NCBI GenBank assembly: GCA_963738405.1
Contig: CAVTWJ010000012.1
Coordinates: 64,001 to 128,000, forward strand
DNA length: 64,000 nt
Reading direction: 5' to 3'
From: a candidate division FCPU426 bacterium
GTDB lineage: Bacteria; Oederibacteriota; Muellerivitia; Muellerivitales; Muellerivitaceae
The notes below the pieces were generated by a model. The model was not told where the DNA came from. It did no database searches and saw nothing but the letters and a program-made list of their open reading frames with translations. Below, in pieces: positions 19,075 through 28,364 of this stretch (the first letter of the stretch is position 1; the number at the start of each line of letters is the position of its first letter). A program made the position numbers and the translations under genes.

Positions 19075-19294
19075 GAAGGCTTTCCCGGGAACTCCGCTTG
19101 CCGCCGAAAGGGTGCCCTTTTTCCATCGCCTTAAGAGCCTTCACCTTCGATTCCTGGTAAACCTGGTCCTCCGCGGCCATCTTTTGGATATAGGCCGCCA
19201 ATAAACCCGTAATCGAGGTTTCATGGTGGGCGGCGAGTATCTTTGCTTTCTTGATGAGGTCTTTGTCCAGGCTCAAGGTTAGGTTTTGTTTCAC
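19064..19294 (-). CDS. DUF6364-like antitoxin
   Basis: NLTLSLD..LIKKAKILAA...TS; overlaps the PIN gene. Confidence 0.8.
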   Translation of the reverse strand: MKQNLTLSLDKDLIKKAKILAAHHETSITGLLAAYIQKMAAEDQVYQESKVKALKAMEKGHPFGGKRSSRESLHDR

Positions 19295-19543
19295 GGGAGC
19301 CTCCTTTACACGTTATTATGTGTATCACGTGACGCGGCCTTTTTCAAGTTCCAAACAAAGGGTTAATGAATAGCATTCCATAATCCATTTGCGCTGACGG
19401 CAAACCACAAGTTGGCCTGTCGAGTGCCGAAGTCGAAGCGACTTCGGCTTTTGACGGACGAATTATCCGTCCAATCACCAGGAGGTCTTTAGGCCGGACT
19501 ACAATAAGTCCATCAACCGTTTCGAAAAGGTCTGAACTTTTTC

Positions 19544-20186
19544 CTATTTTTTAAGCACCACATGGGTCGCCTGTTCGGTGGTGACGCGCTCCACGCATTT
19601 AAAACCCAACTCATGCAGGTCGAGCCCGGAAAAAAGATTCTCTCCCTTCCCCATCAAAACCGGCATCAAGGCCAAATGCATCTCATCCACCAAGCCCGCC
19701 TTCAAGAACTGCCGAATGGTCGATGCGCCCCCGCCGATCCGGACATCCCGATTTCCCGCGGCCTTTTGGGCCTGCCGGAGGGCCGAGTCGATTCCGCCGG
19801 TCATGAAGATAAATTTGGTCCCGCCTTCCATTTCAAGCGGGGGGCGGGCGTGGTGGGTCAGAACAAAGGTTGGAACATGGTAAGGCGGATTATCTCCCCA
19901 CCAGCCTTTCCAGGATTCATCCGGCCAGGGACCGCGAATGGGCCCAAACATATTGCGGCCCAAGATCCAGGCCCCCACGTTCTCAAAGGATCTCTCAGCG
20001 AATTGGTTGTCCAAACCCGTCGTTCCACCGCCATTGCCCTGCATCTCGTTGAAAACCTTCGTGGGGAAAAACCAACCCATGAGCCTCCGGGCCCCGGACC
20101 CCCAGGGGATTTTCCAGGCTTTGGTCCGGACCCGCCGCGAAACCGTCGATGGAAACTCCAATAGCGGCCACTTTCACTTTTGGCAT
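19544..20186 (-). pseudogene. Dihydrofolate reductase/RibD-C family gene with +1 frameshift
   Basis: MPKVKV..VSIDGFAAGPDQ...GPE in one frame and LMGWFFPT... in another; extra G at about 20084. Confidence 0.8.
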
Positions 20187-20316
20187 TGGGGCCATCCTTT
20201 CAATAATTATTATTTTTCGGTGGCGGCTCATTTTGGGTGTCATTGCGAGGAATAGCCGCCGTTCCCCGCATATCCATTTAAGCATTTCATTTAGTTTGGG
20301 GGGTATCCCATTTTCC

Positions 20317-20346
20317 TTGTCCACGACGGGTCCCCTTCGTGGACAG
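20317..20346. repeat. REP-like palindrome, copy 1
   Basis: TTGTCCACGACGGGTCCCCTTCGTGGACAG. Confidence 0.8.
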
Positions 20347-20365
20347 CAAGCCAGAGGAGTCCAAC

Positions 20366-21502
20366 CTATTTCTTCGTCCAAGACTCTGGATAATAGTTGA
20401 AATGGGCGATAGGACGAAAATTGTAACTGGGCAGACCAACAGGATCAAATACGCTGTCATCGGACGACAAGTCTGAATTTTCGTACCAGGAAAAATCCCC
20501 AGCCGCCCCTTTTTGTACCTTTTCCAGCTCCGATCCACCCCCGACAATCGGGCCAGCCAGAGCCGCTTGATAATAATGACGGGCCTCTGTCTTGATTTTA
20601 TCATTCAATTCAGAACCCTGACTTACGAACAGCGAATCGCCCAAGATCATATTAATCTCATAGCCGTAATTCTTTTGAATGAATTTGTTTCGCAGCAAAC
20701 CTTTAAAAAACGAAAAAGTTTTGGAGCGCGCGAAGGTTTTCGAACGGCTCATGTTACGGATATAGGTAATGGCCACGTCCCCGTAAAGCGCCCCCGAACC
20801 TGCGTGTTCTTGGTAATTCTCGTCGCCATACTTTTCCAACACTTCCCCGAGCATAGTCACTTTCTGGCCCATAGGGAGATCGCAGGTTTTGTACTTCACA
20901 AGCAAAGCCTCCGGACGGGTAAACCCGTAATACCCCCAATGAGTCACTTGGAAAGGTTTATTCGGAAACCCATCTAGTATCCTTTCCGCGGCCTCACATA
21001 GTTTTTCTCGTTTTTGGGTCTCCCGATAGAGGTCCATCATATAAAGATAAGCCTCTTCCTTGATGGGAATGGGGTTCGAACCGACGACTAAGTCCTTTGT
21101 TAAATCATCCTGAAGTTGAAGGATCTTATTCAGGTAAAGCTCTTCCGTTTTAGGCTTATCGTTTGATAATTCGGCGATCTCAAAATAGATCGATGGTTCC
21201 ATGACCTGGCCCGGGACCATAAATGGCTCCAAATAAGGATGTTGCCTATATTCTTTCGACACTAATTCCATGAATTTTTCACTCGGGAATTTCGGGTTCT
21301 TAAATCTATTTAAAATCTCAAGAAAAGCTGTTTCGGAATTCGCTTTCACATATTCGGTAAATGCCAATTCATCGGGATTCAAAGAGGGCATTAGAGGTTG
21401 TGTCGTGGCGGTGGGACTTGGAGTGGATTGACCTAATAACTGGAATGTCCCCATAACGAATGAGAATAGGAGGGCCATAGTAATCAAAGTGAGTCTTTTC
21501 AT
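20366..21502 (-). CDS. Secreted helical (TPR-like) hypothetical protein
   Basis: GAGGTG RBS, signal peptide MKRLTLITMALL; lower GC. Confidence 0.7.
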   Translation of the reverse strand: MKRLTLITMALLFSFVMGTFQLLGQSTPSPTATTQPLMPSLNPDELAFTEYVKANSETAFLEILNRFKNPKFPSEKFMELVSKEYRQHPYLEPFMVPGQVMEPSIYFEIAELSNDKPKTEELYLNKILQLQDDLTKDLVVGSNPIPIKEEAYLYMMDLYRETQKREKLCEAAERILDGFPNKPFQVTHWGYYGFTRPEALLVKYKTCDLPMGQKVTMLGEVLEKYGDENYQEHAGSGALYGDVAITYIRNMSRSKTFARSKTFSFFKGLLRNKFIQKNYGYEINMILGDSLFVSQGSELNDKIKTEARHYYQAALAGPIVGGGSELEKVQKGAAGDFSWYENSDLSSDDSVFDPVGLPSYNFRPIAHFNYYPESWTKK

Positions 21503-21550
21503 TATTTCATCACCTCGAAATATCGCTTTCACAATTTTTTAACAATACTA

Positions 21551-21580
21551 ATGTTCGCGATGGGTCCCCATCGTGGACAA
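21551..21580. repeat. REP-like palindrome, copy 2
   Basis: ATGTTCGCGATGGGTCCCCATCGTGGACAA. Confidence 0.75.
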
Positions 21581-21593
21581 CGCCTTGGCGCTT

Positions 21594-21956
21594 TTATGCT
21601 TTGGAACGGCGCACCCTTATCTTTTGATTCGTTGCCACTACGTTGCATCCGGCCCAGGTAGAGACCTCTTCGTTTTCGAAAACTTCCACAATGCGTTTAA
21701 ACAGGTCTTTTCGGCTTGGGTCGACGAGTCTGACGAGGAGAACTCCGTGGTGGGTTCCAGGGGAATGGCTTCGGATGTCGGAGAAATACAAATCCTGTGA
21801 TACCAGAAAACGGCCAGCCTCCTGTGAGGCTTTCCAAACGCTTGGATCATCCTTGCCCCTCAAATTCTCCTGAAGGACGGTATCCACATCATGACCCAAG
21901 CGGGAGAGGGGCTCAATTAGATCAGCGGGAAGATTCTCATCCAGCTTTATTTTCAT
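21594..21956 (-). CDS. DUF5615 PIN-like toxin
   Basis: MKIKLDENLP...GHDVDTV....L.G.DD. Confidence 0.85.
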   Translation of the reverse strand: MKIKLDENLPADLIEPLSRLGHDVDTVLQENLRGKDDPSVWKASQEAGRFLVSQDLYFSDIRSHSPGTHHGVLLVRLVDPSRKDLFKRIVEVFENEEVSTWAGCNVVATNQKIRVRRSKA

Positions 21957-21965
21957 GTGTCGGAA

Positions 21966-22202
21966 TTAGACGGTGGGGACAGCGGGAACCGGCAGGTCTT
22001 CCTCCGCGGAAGCGGCGGCGTAAGAAATAACAGAGGTCACCGCCTCACGGGTTAGGGAGGGAAAAGATTTAAGTATTTGATCCATGCCGTCACCAGCGGC
22101 AAGGCTGGCCAAAACGGTTCGGAGGGTAACCCTGGTGCCTTTAATGACTGGTTGGCCGTTACAGATTTTTGGGTCTCTGACAATAAAGTCCGTGTGATTC
22201 AT
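21966..22202 (-). CDS. DUF433 antitoxin
   Basis: I..DP.IC.G.PVIKGTRV. Confidence 0.9.
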   Translation of the reverse strand: MNHTDFIVRDPKICNGQPVIKGTRVTLRTVLASLAAGDGMDQILKSFPSLTREAVTSVISYAAASAEEDLPVPAVPTV

Positions 22203-22325
22203 GGCTCCTCCTAACCGACAAAAATTATTTTAGACCTAATCCATTAGGGCGACAAGTGGCTGAGCAGTTAGTAGTTCATTTGGGATATAACCAGCCCTAA
22301 AGGAGATGTTTTTTCTTTCAATTTC

Positions 22326-22396
22326 GTTGTCCACGATGGGTCCCCGCCCTGTAACGAAGCGCGCAAGCGCATACCAAAGGGCCCGTCGTGGATAAC
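22326..22396. repeat. REP-like palindrome, long form (copy 3)
   Basis: GTTGTCCACGATGGGTCCC...GGGCCCGTCGTGGATAAC. Confidence 0.75.
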
Positions 22397-22398
22397 TT

Positions 22399-23235
22399 TC
22401 ACTTCTTTTTCTTAAAAGTCTTGATAGGGGCCTTTTTTTCAAGGCGCCTCGCGGTCCATCCCTCGGGAACGGGGCGGGCCACGCAGATGGCCCCCTCGGG
22501 TTCGCCATCCGGAACAAATGGCCTGGTATAAAGTTTAACCGGCAGGTACCCGCCCGATCCCTCCAAGATGGCCGTCTCAATCGCGAAGTTCTTTTGCTCA
22601 TGCACCGTTTCCTTGATGCACTTTTCAACGATCTTCAGTTCCCCGGGCGGGACGAGGGAGGCGAGGTTCTTACCCAACCATTCTTCCGTCTTCTGGCCTG
22701 ATTGATCTTCGAACGCCCCGTTTAAATAAACCAAGGTTCCATCCGGGGAGGTCAAGCAAAGGATGTCCATGACGCTGTCGAGCAGAAGTTTGTTTCTGAG
22801 GTTCGCCTCCTCCAGTTTCTTTTCCAATTGCTGGAGGAGTTTGGACTTGCGGTACAACTCGGCGTGAAGGCGGACCTTGGCCCTTAAAACCTCCGGGTCG
22901 AAGGGTTTTCCAAAATAATCCACGCCCCCCACCTCATAGCCCTTGCGGACGTAGGGATCTTCCTGGTAGATGGCGGTCATGAAAATGATGGGTATGTTTC
23001 TATCCGGTATTTTTTCTTTAATAAGCTTGGCGGTCTCAAACCCGTCCATCTGGGGCATTTGGACGTCGAGGATGACCAGGCTGATGTCGGTGGTTTCAAG
23101 GATTTCGATGGCTTCCATTCCCGAGCGGGCCTTCACGATGTTGTAATGAAAGGGGTCCAGCACGGCTTCCAGGGTGATGAGGTTGGCGGGGGTGTCATCG
23201 ACCAAAAGGATTTTTATTTCCACTGAAGTGTCCAT
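22399..23235 (-). CDS. Receiver - coiled coil - PAS protein
   Basis: ILLVDD...ILDVQMPQMDGFE; C-terminal PAS (DG.LVYLN.AF). Confidence 0.85.
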   Translation of the reverse strand: MDTSVEIKILLVDDTPANLITLEAVLDPFHYNIVKARSGMEAIEILETTDISLVILDVQMPQMDGFETAKLIKEKIPDRNIPIIFMTAIYQEDPYVRKGYEVGGVDYFGKPFDPEVLRAKVRLHAELYRKSKLLQQLEKKLEEANLRNKLLLDSVMDILCLTSPDGTLVYLNGAFEDQSGQKTEEWLGKNLASLVPPGELKIVEKCIKETVHEQKNFAIETAILEGSGGYLPVKLYTRPFVPDGEPEGAICVARPVPEGWTARRLEKKAPIKTFKKKK

Positions 23236-23310
23236 GGCTATTTCCTTCCTTTCACGGCGCCCATTCGAAGGGGCCGAAAACAAAGCCCAATCTAAAAAGC
23301 GAAAGCCACT

Positions 23311-23799
23311 TCAAAACCCGACGCGCCCTTCCAGCCCGGACCCTGTCTCATTCCTCTGTACAGGTTCCTCCTCCAGCCACCTTTCTTTCACCTTTTGGAG
23401 GGCCGAGCGGAAGTCCTCGAATTCGGGAAGTTTTTTCAGGTACGAGTCGGCCCCCGCTTTGAGGGCCCGGTTGACGTCCTTGAGGGATTGGGAGTTGGTC
23501 AGCACCACGACCGGAATATCCCGCAGCCGCGGATTGGCTTTAATCTCCTTGATCACCTCAAAACCGCTTTTTCCCGGGAGATAGAGATCCAACAGGATCA
23601 GGTCCGGGAGGCGGACGGGCTTGGACCCGCCCTTCCCCCGCAGGTAGTCCATCACCTGATCCCCATTCTTCAAGGGGACGACCTCCACCGGACGTTTTGA
23701 ATTCTTGAAGGCCTCCATCACCAGGGCCGCGTCGGCCGGATTATCCTCGGCCACGATGACTTGGAACAAGCGAGAGAGTGTTTCGAGTACGGGAACCAT
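23311..23799 (-). CDS. Single-domain response regulator (Rcp-like)
   Basis: AEDNPAD...PDLILLDL.LP.KSG.EV..EIK. Confidence 0.9.
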   Translation of the reverse strand: MVPVLETLSRLFQVIVAEDNPADAALVMEAFKNSKRPVEVVPLKNGDQVMDYLRGKGGSKPVRLPDLILLDLYLPGKSGFEVIKEIKANPRLRDIPVVVLTNSQSLKDVNRALKAGADSYLKKLPEFEDFRSALQKVKERWLEEEPVQRNETGSGLEGRVGF

Positions 23800-24165
23800 A
23801 GGTCTCCTTTGAACAACCCAAGGAAGAGGAAAGGAGACGGCGGAGGCGGAACCGGCTTAATTCCCGGATTCGCCTCGGGGTCGGATGGGGGCCGCCGAAG
23901 GAAAGAACCCCACAAAGGGCGGGACGGCTTGAGGACCTTTGTGAAGGCGCGGATGGATTCCGCCTTTATTGGTACATCTATTTTAACTCCCGGTGGATTC
24001 GGAAAATCCTATGTAAAGCACACAATTCGGGGAAATCTATTACCTAGGGGCAAAAAATGCAGTGCAACCGATTTTAGTGATGTGGATAAAAAAAGAGCCG
24101 GGCCAAGCCTTCACACATTGTTCCCCAATTGCCATTGGACTCGAAAATCGCTGAATCAAGCCTTG

Positions 24166-25209
24166 TCATTGGGCCGGTTCGTATTTCACCCAGTCAAACA
24201 TGGCCGAGGCAGGCAGGCTTTGGGGGTCAAAGCTACCCGCCCAGCCGGGGCCCCAGCCGTTGGTTTGGTTGACGACAAAACTACTCACAAACATGTTCAG
24301 GCCCTGATCGGGCAGGTTCCGGGTTTCGGTCCAAACCTGCTTGTCATCGACGTAAAAGTTGATCCGGTCCTTCAGCCACTCGATGGCATAGACGTGGTAA
24401 TCCTGGTCGGAATCAAACCCCAGGTCGATCATCTTGGGCAGTTGGCCCCCATTTTCAATTGTTCCTTCATGGTCGACGTATTTATGCAGGTTCACCTGCA
24501 CTTGGCTGGGATTTTTACCTAAAAACTCAAAATCCAGTTCCTGGTGGTGCCAACCGGCGGCTTTCCAGGGCGACATGAGGAAAAAACAGTTATCCAGCCC
24601 CGGCACCAGGTGGTTTTTCATCCTCGCGCTGAACTTGCCGTAGGTAAAAGCCCGGTAGCTCATCAGACCCCCGGCCAGAACCTTTCGGTTTTGGACAGGC
24701 GGATCCGCCTTTTCCACCAAAATCGTCAGGATCGAGTTCAAGACTGTTACTTGGGAGGGCGCTTCATAGGAATCGGAATCATCCCAGGTGTAGTTTGACT
24801 GGTTCCAGTTTTTCAGATCGATGGTATTGAAATCGTCGAAAAAGGGTTCTTTGCTGAGGGTATCCAAAAGGGACTGGGGTGCGGGTTGCGGCGCCAAAAC
24901 TTCTAAAGCCGCTTTCACCGCGGGGTTGTCCGGGTTTAGTTCCAGGCACTTTTGGTAAGCCAAAACCGCGCCCTGGTTGTTCCCTATTTTCTTCTGGGCG
25001 CTGCCCAATCCTTGGCAAGCCTGCCAGGAGTTCGGGTTTTCCTCAACGACCTTTTGAAAGGCCGTTACCGCCTGGGCATATTGGCCCCGTTGATAGGCCT
25101 GGTAGGCCAACCGGTAATCATCCGCCGAAGGATCATTCGCGGCCTGTAGCTGGGCGGCAGCGGTGAGAAAAAGTAAAACGATAAAAAACATTCTCTTTAA
25201 ATACACCAT
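24166..25209 (-). CDS. Secreted TPR + GH16 glycoside hydrolase
   Basis: Signal peptide, TPR helices, catalytic ELDFE motif. Confidence 0.85.
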   Translation of the reverse strand: MVYLKRMFFIVLLFLTAAAQLQAANDPSADDYRLAYQAYQRGQYAQAVTAFQKVVEENPNSWQACQGLGSAQKKIGNNQGAVLAYQKCLELNPDNPAVKAALEVLAPQPAPQSLLDTLSKEPFFDDFNTIDLKNWNQSNYTWDDSDSYEAPSQVTVLNSILTILVEKADPPVQNRKVLAGGLMSYRAFTYGKFSARMKNHLVPGLDNCFFLMSPWKAAGWHHQELDFEFLGKNPSQVQVNLHKYVDHEGTIENGGQLPKMIDLGFDSDQDYHVYAIEWLKDRINFYVDDKQVWTETRNLPDQGLNMFVSSFVVNQTNGWGPGWAGSFDPQSLPASAMFDWVKYEPAQ

Positions 25210-25281
25210 TTGTCTTCGCCTTAGGCTTCGGGCTTTAGCAAGCAAAGGCTTGCGTACCGGTAGGATCGCTTGATTTTTATC

Positions 25282-25311
25282 TTGTCCACGGCGGGTCCTC
25301 ACTGTGGACCC
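25282..25311. repeat. REP-like palindrome, copy 4
   Basis: TTGTCCACGGCGGGTCCTCACTGTGGACCC. Confidence 0.7.
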
Positions 25312-25313
25312 AT

Positions 25314-26027
25314 TTAAGTTTTACCTAAATAAGTCGGAACAATCGGTTCTTCAACCACTTTTCCCCTTTGCCAACCCACCCTATAGGCCCGGCCTAAGGG
25401 CCTGGAGGAAACAATATGGGCGATCGAACGGCCGATAAAATGAAGGGCCACGCCGTCATCAGCGGCATAGCCATTTTTAATCTTTTTTTCCTTTAAAAGC
25501 CGATGGTAAGAGGGACGCCGATCCTTTTCCCCATCGTAATGCGGACAGTTACTGCCCTTCAGAAAGCCCAGGCATTTCAACGGGGAGAGTTTTCCCGGAA
25601 ACGAATCGGTTACACCTTCTTCGAACCAACAAATAGATCCCGCGCTCACACCGGAAAGAACAATCCCACTTTCCCATGCTTTTTTCATTATTTTGTCCAA
25701 CCCCCACGCCTTCCAAAGCAAAAGAAGATTTCGCGTGTTCCCCCCGCCGACATAGAGGATGTCCTTTCCGAGCACAAAGGATTCAAGGTTTTCTTGCGGC
25801 GCCTTGAATAACGACAAATAGGAAGGTTGACAGTTGTACTTTTTAAAATGGCTCAAGAATCTTTTGATGGAATCCAACGAATCACCGCTTGCGGTTCCGA
25901 CATAACAAATCTTCGGCTTTTTCTTATGCGATTGCCCAAGAATATAAAGATCCAACAATGGATTTTGGGGTTCCATTAAAAAACCGCCGCCGCCCATGCA
26001 AATAATTTGCTTTTTGATTTTTTTCAT
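25314..26027 (-). CDS. Peptidase E / S51 family
   Basis: MGGGGF, TASGD, YVGGGNT, GVSAG, CPHYD. Confidence 0.9.
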   Translation of the reverse strand: MKKIKKQIICMGGGGFLMEPQNPLLDLYILGQSHKKKPKICYVGTASGDSLDSIKRFLSHFKKYNCQPSYLSLFKAPQENLESFVLGKDILYVGGGNTRNLLLLWKAWGLDKIMKKAWESGIVLSGVSAGSICWFEEGVTDSFPGKLSPLKCLGFLKGSNCPHYDGEKDRRPSYHRLLKEKKIKNGYAADDGVALHFIGRSIAHIVSSRPLGRAYRVGWQRGKVVEEPIVPTYLGKT

Positions 26028-26110
26028 ACTCAAGTTTTTCTTTCTCGTTGGAACTTGTTCATTCTTCGCTTTGCAAAGTCGGTTCAGGGACCCGTCATGG
26101 ACAATTTTAT

Positions 26111-26163
26111 AAAAAAAGGCCGGGCAACCTCTTAACATTTTACATTTTGGAGGTTGCCAGGCC
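26111..26163 (-). terminator. Probable intrinsic terminator after the second brnTA
   Basis: GGCCTGGCAACCTC / GAGGTTGCCCGGCC stem then T7 on the minus strand. Confidence 0.6.
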
Positions 26164-26295
26164 CCTTGTCGCTGACTCTTAGATTTTGCCCTTTATGTTA
26201 AACCCTTCCAGTTTGTCCATTGCCACCGCACTGAAACGGGGGTTGGGTGCTTCTTTCGTGGACACCTCCCAACTGCCTTAACGAGCATTGGAAAG

Positions 26296-26568
26296 TTACT
26301 TTTTTACAGCAGCACTCAATAAGGCTTCGTTGATGACGGTTTGGTATCCAATGCCTCTTTGACGGCCAATTCTTTTGGCCCATTCTAAGGTTTTTGGATT
26401 AAGGCGGATGGAAACCGGCAAATAGAGCTCATGAGGCTCTTTAGCCGGCCGGCCGCGTGGACGGCGCGGTTTGCCGGTGTGATGTTCGATTGCTAGCCGA
26501 TTCTTCTCCGCTTCCGCGGGAGTTATCCTTTTTGCTTTGTGAAACGGAAATTCATTTGAGTTCTTCAT
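26296..26568 (-). CDS. BrnA-family antitoxin
   Basis: RGRP...VSIRL.P..L.W.K......GIGYQT.IN. Confidence 0.85.
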   Translation of the reverse strand: MKNSNEFPFHKAKRITPAEAEKNRLAIEHHTGKPRRPRGRPAKEPHELYLPVSIRLNPKTLEWAKRIGRQRGIGYQTVINEALLSAAVKK

Positions 26569-26833
26569 AACGGTTCCTTTCCCGACGGCTTGCCGGCCTT
26601 GCGCTGATGATGCGACAGATCTGGCCTTGTAAGCGCTTGGTGAAAACCACCACCAGAACCTTTCCACCGTCAGCTTCTCCAATCAACCATTCCCTAGATT
26701 CCGCGGTCGAATGTTTTAGGTCAGCTGCCACCAAGGCATATGGATCATCAAAGGCCGTGATAGCTGTTTTGAATGAAACACCGTGTTTCTTTTGGTTCGC
26801 TTCGTCTTTGGCGGGGTTCCAATCAAATCTCAT
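26552..26833 (-). CDS. BrnT-family toxin
   Basis: MRFDW...K...N..KHGVSF..A...F.DP...RIISAR. Confidence 0.9.
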   Translation of the reverse strand: MRFDWNPAKDEANQKKHGVSFKTAITAFDDPYALVAADLKHSTAESREWLIGEADGGKVLVVVFTKRLQGQICRIISARPASRRERNRYEELK

Positions 26834-26913
26834 ATTATTAGTATATACATTTAATAAAGATCGTCAATCCCACTGCGCCGCAGACCCTTAGTGACTGGAG
26901 AGTTGGTTTTAGC

Positions 26914-27477
26914 CTAGAACTGAACCTTCGGGGCGGCTTGGGCGGCGTCCTGGGCCTTGAAATAGGTATCCACCGTTTTGAACCCGCAGATGGAAGCGAA
27001 AATATTGGAAGGAAAGGTCTGCACCTTCACGTTATATTCCTGAACGGTCTCGTTATAGCGCATGCGTTCCACCGCGATTCGGTTTTCCGTGCCCGCCAGC
27101 TCGTCTTGAAGCTGTAAAAAACCCTGGTTGGCTTTTAAGTCGGGGTAATTTTCAGCGATCACCATCAGGCGGCCGATGGCGCCTTCCAAGTCATTCGAGG
27201 CCGCCACCTTGCCGGCCGTGTCCTTGGCCGCTCCCCACTGGCTGCGCAGGCGGGTGACTTCTTCCAAAACATTCGCTTCATGTTTGGCGTAGCCCTTCAC
27301 CGTTTCCACCAGATTGGGGATCAGGTCGTAGCGCCTTTGAAGCACCGTTTCCACCTGGGCCCACTGGGCGTCGATGGCCACCTTGGAGGAAACCAGGCCG
27401 TTGTAGGTTCCAAAAAGCATTAAAACAATGACGACTCCCGCTCCCAACAAACCCCACATCAAACCTTTGGCTGTCAT
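26914..27477 (-). CDS. lemA: LemA family protein
   Basis: YNGLV...W.QV...LQRR.DLIPNLV.TVKGYA..E...ENYPDLKAN. Confidence 0.9.
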   Translation of the reverse strand: MTAKGLMWGLLGAGVVIVLMLFGTYNGLVSSKVAIDAQWAQVETVLQRRYDLIPNLVETVKGYAKHEANVLEEVTRLRSQWGAAKDTAGKVAASNDLEGAIGRLMVIAENYPDLKANQGFLQLQDELAGTENRIAVERMRYNETVQEYNVKVQTFPSNIFASICGFKTVDTYFKAQDAAQAAPKVQF

Positions 27478-27490
27478 ATAAACCCCTTTG

Positions 27491-28234
27491 TTATTTTTTT
27501 CGGCTTTTAGCCTTGCGGCCCTTTTTGGCTTTCGGCTTGTCCAAACGTTCCGTCAGCGACTGTAGGGCCTCCAGGTAGGCGCCGAATACCTGATTCGCGT
27601 CCCGGCCCTTGGGCTTGGCCCCCCGCTTCACCGAGTCGATTTCCACGAAAGGCCCCTCATCAAAATCGAGATGACCCTTTAATTGTCGTAAGGCGTCCAG
27701 TTTTTTCAAGGCCGGTTTTTCGCCATATAACCACAGGGAATTCTTAAGCAAGACCAGGAAGGTCGAGAGGGATTGAACCATCAATTGCCAAACCTTGTCC
27801 GCCTTGCCCCCGGTGAGAATATAGCGTGTTTTCAATTGAAGCAGTTTGCCCTGAAGCTCGTGTTCCAATTCGATTCGCAAATGGTCCTTGGAAACTTTTT
27901 GGCGGGTAAGGGGGTCTTTGCCCCAAAGCACCCGATGGTTGCCCTGCATGTCGAGGATTTCAATGGGAAAAACACTTACAAAATCGCCCAAGTGTTCCTG
28001 GGTTAAAAAGAGGGGCGGGGGGTTTTTCTGCTTCACCCAGGCTTCCACCGTCCTGGAGAGGCCCAACAGATCCGCCTGGCCCAATGGATGGGTGACCGCC
28101 AGCAGGTTCACGTCCGATTGGCCCTCCGCGTGATCGCCCGCCGCCGCCGAGCCGAAAAGCACCACCGAGAGAAGCTTTGCCCCCAGCAGGGTCTTCAACT
28201 CTTCCGTCATTTTTTCCGCTGTCCATTTGCCCAT
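27491..28234 (-). CDS. Nucleotidyltransferase-fold protein of the LemA/TPM operon
   Basis: SVVLFGSAA.GD....SDVNLL; VFPIEILD. Confidence 0.75.
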   Translation of the reverse strand: MGKWTAEKMTEELKTLLGAKLLSVVLFGSAAAGDHAEGQSDVNLLAVTHPLGQADLLGLSRTVEAWVKQKNPPPLFLTQEHLGDFVSVFPIEILDMQGNHRVLWGKDPLTRQKVSKDHLRIELEHELQGKLLQLKTRYILTGGKADKVWQLMVQSLSTFLVLLKNSLWLYGEKPALKKLDALRQLKGHLDFDEGPFVEIDSVKRGAKPKGRDANQVFGAYLEALQSLTERLDKPKAKKGRKAKSRKK

Positions 28235-28364
28235 AGTCTTTTTCCTTTATTCTAAAACTACTATTGAACCGCTAAGACTCCAAACACTTGGCACCGCAGC
28301 CAAGTGTCGATGGCCAAGAAAGGCAATCCCAATATTCTGACTCAACCTTTAAAGTATCGGATTC

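Noticed and set aside
20317..26104. Integron attC sites
   Set aside because: Elements begin GTT and end AAC, the reverse of the RYYYAAC...GTTRRRY layout; most are only 30 bp; no integrase in the window
26111..26196. c-di-GMP-I riboswitch (GGGCAAA on the minus strand)
   Set aside because: Lacks the GAAA tetraloop stem and GACGCAAAGC core; better explained as a terminator
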